NCBI GenBank assembly: GCA_041192445.1
Contig: JBEEMW010000070.1
Location: 21,365-85,364 of the forward strand
Source: Pseudomonadota bacterium
Lineage (GTDB): Bacteria; Pseudomonadota; Gammaproteobacteria; Burkholderiales; Burkholderiaceae_C
Length of the DNA stretch: 64,000 nucleotides
Reading direction: 5' to 3'
Shown here: piece after piece, positions 59,497-64,000 of the stretch
How the letters are laid out: each line of letters starts with the position of its first letter
Position numbering within the stretch: position 1 is the first letter of the stretch
Notes under the pieces: generated by a model
The model's database searches: none
Told to the model about the DNA's origin: nothing
Seen by the model: the letters and a program-made list of their open reading frames with translations, nothing else
Made by a program: the position numbers and the translations under genes

Positions 59497-60126
59497 CTAG
59501 CGGTTGGGCACCTCAAACGTGGCATTGCGTAAAAACCCCGCCGGCATCTGCAAGGCCGACGTGCCGCCAAACTGCTTGTGCGCCGCCAGCAACTCGTCCA
59601 GGCGCGGGTCACGAATCATGACCGGCGGCTGCCCTGCCACCACGGCGACAGACTCGGTGGCCATCCCTGCCCCCGCGAGAGTCGTACCGGGCGAAACGGT
59701 GCCGGGGCCATTCACAACACCCCAGCCCAGCACCGCCACGGCTGTGACTGACGCCAGTCCGGCCACCAGCTGCCATCGAAAGCGGGAGGCATTGGCACCC
59801 TCTTGTTTGATGCCATTCAGGTCATTAACCCTCGTATTCATTGCGCTAACAGCTATTAATACAGGAGCATCTACCGTTTGCAGGGGGATGGCCTCGCGTT
59901 GCAGGCGTTGCTGCAGACGTGCCACAAAATCCAGATCACCGGCGCTGCCCAAGGCATCCCCGGATCGGAGTACGTCGCCGACCACGTGGTAGGCGTGCCA
60001 AGTGGCCCGGGCATCGACATCCATACTGACTGTTTCAGCCACTACGGCGAATTCATTCCCGCGCAACTGCCCATCGGCCAGGGCCGACACCATTTCGCGG
60101 ATTTTCAAAGTGTCTTGCATCATCAT
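59497..60126 (-). CDS. rseA: Anti-sigma-E factor RseA/MucA-like
   Basis: REMVSALADGQLRGNEF...ARATWHAYHVVGDVLRS (RseA N-terminal domain), with a single TM segment WQLVAGLASVTAVAVLGW. Confidence 0.85.
   Translation of the reverse strand: MMMQDTLKIREMVSALADGQLRGNEFAVVAETVSMDVDARATWHAYHVVGDVLRSGDALGSAGDLDFVARLQQRLQREAIPLQTVDAPVLIAVSAMNTRVNDLNGIKQEGANASRFRWQLVAGLASVTAVAVLGWGVVNGPGTVSPGTTLAGAGMATESVAVVAGQPPVMIRDPRLDELLAAHKQFGGTSALQMPAGFLRNATFEVPNR
59815..59870 (-). repeat. 55-bp repeat copy in frame inside rseA (cytoplasmic linker just before the TM segment)
   Basis: The reverse complement atgctcctgtattaatagctgttagcgcaatgaatacgagggttaatgacctgaat matches the 49315 copy at 35/56 ungapped positions. 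It is translated as DAPVLIAVSAMNTRVNDLN. Confidence 0.7.
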
Positions 60127-60158
60127 TCACTACCTCGTGGGGGCTAAACCTGCCAGAA

Positions 60159-60785
60159 CTACCAACGTTTGCCAGACTGGTTGTCCAGCAGGGGTTTGAC
60201 CTTCTCGGAAATCGCTTCACGCGCACGGAAGATGCGCGACCGAACTGTTCCAATCGGACAGTTCATCACAACAGATATTTCTTCATAACTCAGGCCTTCA
60301 ATTTCCCGCAACGTTACCGCTTGTCGCAAATCGGCCGGCAGAGCATCCATTGCAGCATTGACCACAGCCGCAATTTCCTTGGCGGCCAGTACCGATTCAG
60401 GTGTTTCTTCAGAGGTTGGTTCATTTCCACGCCAGGAAGTTTCATCGTCATCGTCGCCTGCGCGCAAAGAACCCTCAGAAACCGTCGGATCCCGTTTGAG
60501 TTCCAGTAGGAACTTTTTTGCCGTGTTCACCGCAATACGGTAAAGCCAGGTGTAGAACTGGGCGTCCCCGCGAAACTGGTGCAGGGCACGATACGCCCGG
60601 ATGAAGGTTTCCTGGGCGATGTCCTCGACCAGGTCGACATCGCGCACCATGCGCCCGATCAGCCGCTGGATTCGGCGCTGGTACTTGATCACAAGCAGTT
60701 CAAACGCCCGCTGGTCACCCGCGACTGTCCTTTCGACCAGCATCAGGTCACTGTCTGTTGCAACGGGTGGCAGGGTGTCGGTCAC
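60159..60785 (-). CDS. rpoE: RNA polymerase sigma factor RpoE/AlgU (ECF sigma-24)
   Basis: AFELLVIKYQRRIQRLIGRMVRD...AQETFIRAYRAL..FRGD..FYTWLYRIAVNTAKK...TLREIEGLSYEEIS..M.CPIGTVRSRIFRAREA. I prefer the GTG at 60785, which overlaps the upstream stop as GTGA; the ATG at 60743 is the alternative. Confidence 0.9.
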   Translation of the reverse strand: MTDTLPPVATDSDLMLVERTVAGDQRAFELLVIKYQRRIQRLIGRMVRDVDLVEDIAQETFIRAYRALHQFRGDAQFYTWLYRIAVNTAKKFLLELKRDPTVSEGSLRAGDDDDETSWRGNEPTSEETPESVLAAKEIAAVVNAAMDALPADLRQAVTLREIEGLSYEEISVVMNCPIGTVRSRIFRAREAISEKVKPLLDNQSGKRW

Positions 60786-61252
60786 GGGGTCTGACGCGCC
60801 TGAACGCGGGGATGGGCAAACACCGCCCGGCGCAAGGCCATCCAGTTGGACGGATCCGTGCGCTGCGCCAGCCATAACCAGCGCCGACGGCCCTGCTCGC
60901 AGGTGTGCAGCAGCAAGACAAGGCGCTGGAAGTCAAGGTGAACGGAGATAGTTCCGGCTTGCGTCAAATGGTGGTTCGCCTGCCATAACCACGAGGGTCC
61001 GGTTTGCCCTGATTGCAAATTCCGGGTGTTCCACTGCAAGATGCCAGTGGGCGTGCGCCACCAGGCCCACCCAGCCACAGTGCCAGACAACAATAGCACC
61101 AGCATCGTCAACCACTGGCGCCACTGCAGGTGTTCAACCTGGAAAACCCAGGTGACCCAAAGCGCCGCAGCGGCCAGCCAGAGCAGCACCGTCATCAACC
61201 CCTGAAATCGTGATCGACCTGCGTGATAGCTGACCGACGGGGCGCTATACAT
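60782..61252 (-). CDS. Two-TM, Trp-rich membrane protein resembling the CptA/YgfX family
   Basis: Two hydrophobic helices (LMTVLLWLAAAALWVTWVF and WLTMLVLLLSGTVAGWAWW). The C-terminal RRWLWLAQRTDPSNWMALRRAVF parallels E. coli YgfX RQHLWLAADSMDEAEWRDLRRILL, which I am quoting from memory. Confidence 0.5.
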   Translation of the reverse strand: MYSAPSVSYHAGRSRFQGLMTVLLWLAAAALWVTWVFQVEHLQWRQWLTMLVLLLSGTVAGWAWWRTPTGILQWNTRNLQSGQTGPSWLWQANHHLTQAGTISVHLDFQRLVLLLHTCEQGRRRWLWLAQRTDPSNWMALRRAVFAHPRVQARQTP

Positions 61253-61275
61253 GGCAGGCGCCTGTATGACGGGAA

Positions 61276-62520
61276 TCAGACCCGTTTGAAAACGAGTGTT
61301 CCGTTTGTCCCGCCAAAGCCAAAGTTGTTTTTAACTGCCACATCAATCTTCATGTCGCGCGCAGTATTGGCGCAGTAGTCCAGATCACACTCCGGATCCT
61401 GATTGAAGATATTGATGGTGGGAGGAACTTTTTGGTGGTGCAAGGCCAGCACGGTGAACACCGACTCAATGCCCCCTGCGCCGCCCAGCAAGTGGCCTGT
61501 CATCGACTTCGTGGAGCTCACCACCATATTCCTGGCGTGATCCCCAAAGGCGCCCTTGATGGCATTGGTCTCGTTGGTATCGCCCAGCGGCGTGGAGGTG
61601 CCGTGTGCATTCAGGTAGTTGACCGCATCGGCGTTGACACCGGCGTTGCGCAATGCAGACTGCATCGCGCGGCGTGGGCCATCCATGCTCGGGGCTGTCA
61701 TGTGCCCGGCGTCGGCACTCATGCCAAATCCGGCCAGCTCGGCATAGATTTTTGCACCGCGGGCCCTGGCGTGTTCGTATTCCTCCAGCACCATCATGCC
61801 GGCACCTTCGCCAAGCACGAAGCCGTCACGATCCTTGTCCCACGGACGGCTGGCTGTTTTGGGATCGTCATTGCGGGTCGACAACGCACGCATGGCGGCA
61901 AATCCACCCACACCGAGGGGTGACACGGTTGCTTCAGCACCGCCTGCCACCATCACGTCGGCATCGCCATATTCAATCATGCGACCGGCGTCCCCAATGC
62001 AATGCAAACCCGTTGTGCATGCCGTGGCTATCGCAATATTGGGGCCTTTGAAACCGAATTTCATGGAAACGTGCCCGGCGATCATGTTGACGATCGAACC
62101 TGGCACAAAAAACGGGGTAATGCGCCGCGGGCCCCGGCTTGTCAGCTCGGCATGCGTGTTTTCGATCAGCGGCAGGCCACCAATACCCGAACCAATGACA
62201 CAACCGATGCGGACCGCGTCTTCCTCGCTCAAGGCATCGCCCGTAGGCAGGCCGGAATCCACCACCGCCTGGCAGGCCGCTGCCAGACCCAGATGAATGA
62301 AGCGGTCCATGTGACGCGCTTCCTTCTCGGCAATGTAGTCGGCAATGTTGAAGCCCTTCACCTCACCCGCGAATCGGCAGGCAAAGTTGCTCGCATCAAA
62401 ACCGGTGATGAAGTCGATACCTGACTGCCCGGCCAGCAATTGCGCCCAGGAATCATCTACCGTGTTTCCAACGGGGCTGATGCAACCCAAACCTGTAACG
62501 ACAACGCGACGACGGGACAT
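61276..62520 (-). CDS. fabF: Beta-ketoacyl-ACP synthase II
   Basis: [16 protein letters not shown]...ATACTTG (active Cys)...[11 protein letters not shown]...[11 protein letters not shown] at 62520. Confidence 0.96.
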   Translation of the reverse strand: MSRRRVVVTGLGCISPVGNTVDDSWAQLLAGQSGIDFITGFDASNFACRFAGEVKGFNIADYIAEKEARHMDRFIHLGLAAACQAVVDSGLPTGDALSEEDAVRIGCVIGSGIGGLPLIENTHAELTSRGPRRITPFFVPGSIVNMIAGHVSMKFGFKGPNIAIATACTTGLHCIGDAGRMIEYGDADVMVAGGAEATVSPLGVGGFAAMRALSTRNDDPKTASRPWDKDRDGFVLGEGAGMMVLEEYEHARARGAKIYAELAGFGMSADAGHMTAPSMDGPRRAMQSALRNAGVNADAVNYLNAHGTSTPLGDTNETNAIKGAFGDHARNMVVSSTKSMTGHLLGGAGGIESVFTVLALHHQKVPPTINIFNQDPECDLDYCANTARDMKIDVAVKNNFGFGGTNGTLVFKRV

Positions 62521-62604
62521 AGATAGGGATGTGTGCGAATGTTTTAGGATCCAGCGCCTGCGGCATGACCCACAGGCGCGCTGCCGCAATCAGGCGTTTG
62601 GCGC

Positions 62605-62880
<276 letters not shown>

Positions 62881-62956
62881 TTAGCTGGCTAAAAGGGAGT
62901 TTCCCCAAAAGATCAACCACCGGACGGACAAACCGGTTTGTACTTGCGGCCCGTCC

Positions 62957-63703
62957 TTACATGTACATGCCGCCGTTAACGTGCAGTTCCTGCCCGGTCA
63001 CGTAAGCGGCTTGTGGCGACGCCAGAAAGGCTACTGCATGCGCGATGTCCGCCGGCTTTCCCAGATGGCCCAGCGGAATTTGACCCAGCAAAGCTTTTTG
63101 CTGATCCTGGGACAGGCTATTGGTCATGTCGGTTTCGATAAACCCGGGGGCGATGCAGTTCACCGTGATATTACGCGAGCCCAGTTCCCGGGCCAGCGCG
63201 CGGGTCATGCCCGCCACACCCGCCTTGGAGGCGGCGTAGTTAACCTGCCCCGGGTTGCCCGACGCGCCCACCACCGAGGTGATGTTGATAATGCGGCCAT
63301 ACCGCTGCTTCATCATCGTGCGCATGACAGCACGGCTCATGCGGAACACCGCCTTCAAATTGGTGTCCAGGACCGCGTCCCAATCATCGTCCTTCATCCG
63401 CATGGCCAGGTTGTCGCGCGTGATGCCGGCGTTATTGACCAGTACGTGCAGGCCTCCACGCTCCTTGACGAGGGTGTCAATCAAGGCCTCTGCGGCGGCG
63501 GCATCGGTCACATTCAGGTTTTTGCCACTGCAAAACGGGAACTCAGCCAGTGCAGCACTGATTTTTGTCGCTCCTTCGTCCGTTGTGGCTGTACCAATGA
63601 CGGTCAGGCCTTTTCGTGCCAGTTCCAGTGCGATGGCGGCACCAATACCCCGTGACGCACCGGTCACCAGAGCAACTTGGCCTTCAAATTTCGTGTCGCT
63701 CAT
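62957..63703 (-). CDS. fabG: 3-oxoacyl-ACP reductase
   Basis: ALVTGASRGIGAAIA...NNAGIT...YAASKAG (SDR YxxxK). Confidence 0.96.
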   Translation of the reverse strand: MSDTKFEGQVALVTGASRGIGAAIALELARKGLTVIGTATTDEGATKISAALAEFPFCSGKNLNVTDAAAAEALIDTLVKERGGLHVLVNNAGITRDNLAMRMKDDDWDAVLDTNLKAVFRMSRAVMRTMMKQRYGRIINITSVVGASGNPGQVNYAASKAGVAGMTRALARELGSRNITVNCIAPGFIETDMTNSLSQDQQKALLGQIPLGHLGKPADIAHAVAFLASPQAAYVTGQELHVNGGMYM

Positions 63704-64000
63704 GACAATGCTCCTTTCACCTCAGCCAGACTGGCTGGATCAAACAGTGCGACACCGGTCATCTCGGCATCAATGCGTTTGACCATGCCGCAGAGCACTT
63801 TACCGGGGCCACACTCCACCACCGTGGACAGCCCACGCGCTTTGATGGCCTGCACACACTCGACCCAGCGAACCGGACCAAAAGCCTGGCGCACCAGCGC
63901 GTCACGGATTCGTTCGACACTGGTCTCGACCGCCACATCAATATTGTTGATGAGGGCGATCCGGGGGACAGCCAGCGCGACCGAGGCGAGCTTTTCCTTC
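63700..64000 (-). CDS. fabD: Malonyl CoA-ACP transacylase; the N-terminus lies beyond the window end
   Basis: The C-terminal ...VRWVECVQAIKARGLSTVVECGPGKVLCGMVKRI... is open to the window edge. Its stop overlaps the fabG ATG (ATGA). Confidence 0.88.
   Translation of the reverse strand, partial: KEKLASVALAVPRIALINNIDVAVETSVERIRDALVRQAFGPVRWVECVQAIKARGLSTVVECGPGKVLCGMVKRIDAEMTGVALFDPASLAEVKGALS

Noticed and set aside
60127-60158. The rpoE-rseA spacer tcactacctcgtgggggctaaacctgcc resembles the 3' module of the repeat (CTACGGGGGCTAAGGGCC).
   Set aside because: There are only ~20 nt of similarity and no 5' module. The segment also functions as the rseA ribosome-binding region (GAGG on the minus strand). 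It could be a remnant or chance.

Overview
This 64-kb window looks like core chromosome from a moderately GC-rich betaproteobacterium. Gene order suggests Burkholderiales, probably Comamonadaceae-like; that assignment comes from remembered synteny, not a search. It is densely packed with about 65 housekeeping genes:
- uvrD (open-ended at the left edge), guaC, an HD-GYP protein, a DEAD-box helicase, orn, an M48 peptidase, phhB, rsgA.
- The rpsP-rimM-trmD-rplS operon, PiT plus DUF47, and acnB.
- mdh, a GntR regulator, sdhCDAB-sdhE-gltA.
- leuC-ecn-leuD-leuB-asd-fimV-truA-trpFBA-accD, then lysS.
- A long minus-strand array: fabD-fabG-acpP-fabF-(ygfX-like)-rpoE-rseA-rseB-degP / lepA-lepB-rnc-era-recO-pdxJ-acpS-nagZ-rhombosortase.

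I saw no rRNA, tRNA, CRISPR array, transposase, integrase or recognisable defence system. The long 'shadow' ORFs opposite real genes are artefacts.

The observations worth a second look are:
1. A family of ~55-bp AT-rich dispersed repeats that I do not recognise, with at least 10 good copies (about one per 6 kb). Some fill operon spacers, some supply stop codons and C-terminal residues, and at least five lie in frame inside housekeeping genes (trpF, phhB, a CitE-like gene, rseA, the uvrD tail). Each orientation has one recurrent open reading frame.
2. A rhombosortase / GlyGly-CTERM module: an S8 protease carrying the sorting tail, a stand-alone propeptide-like protein upstream, and a 54-nt antisense overlap between the substrate's sorting signal and the rhombosortase 3' end.
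3. An AT-rich non-coding island of about 370 bp between degP and lepA. It is bracketed by two strong intrinsic terminators and contains two tandem exact-consensus DnaA boxes.
4. A CptA/YgfX-like membrane protein whose stop overlaps the likely rpoE start (GTGA), while sdhE sits separately in the sdh operon.

Smaller regulatory candidates are a guaC leader hairpin, a palindrome in the mdh/gntR divergon, and an asd leader stem-loop.
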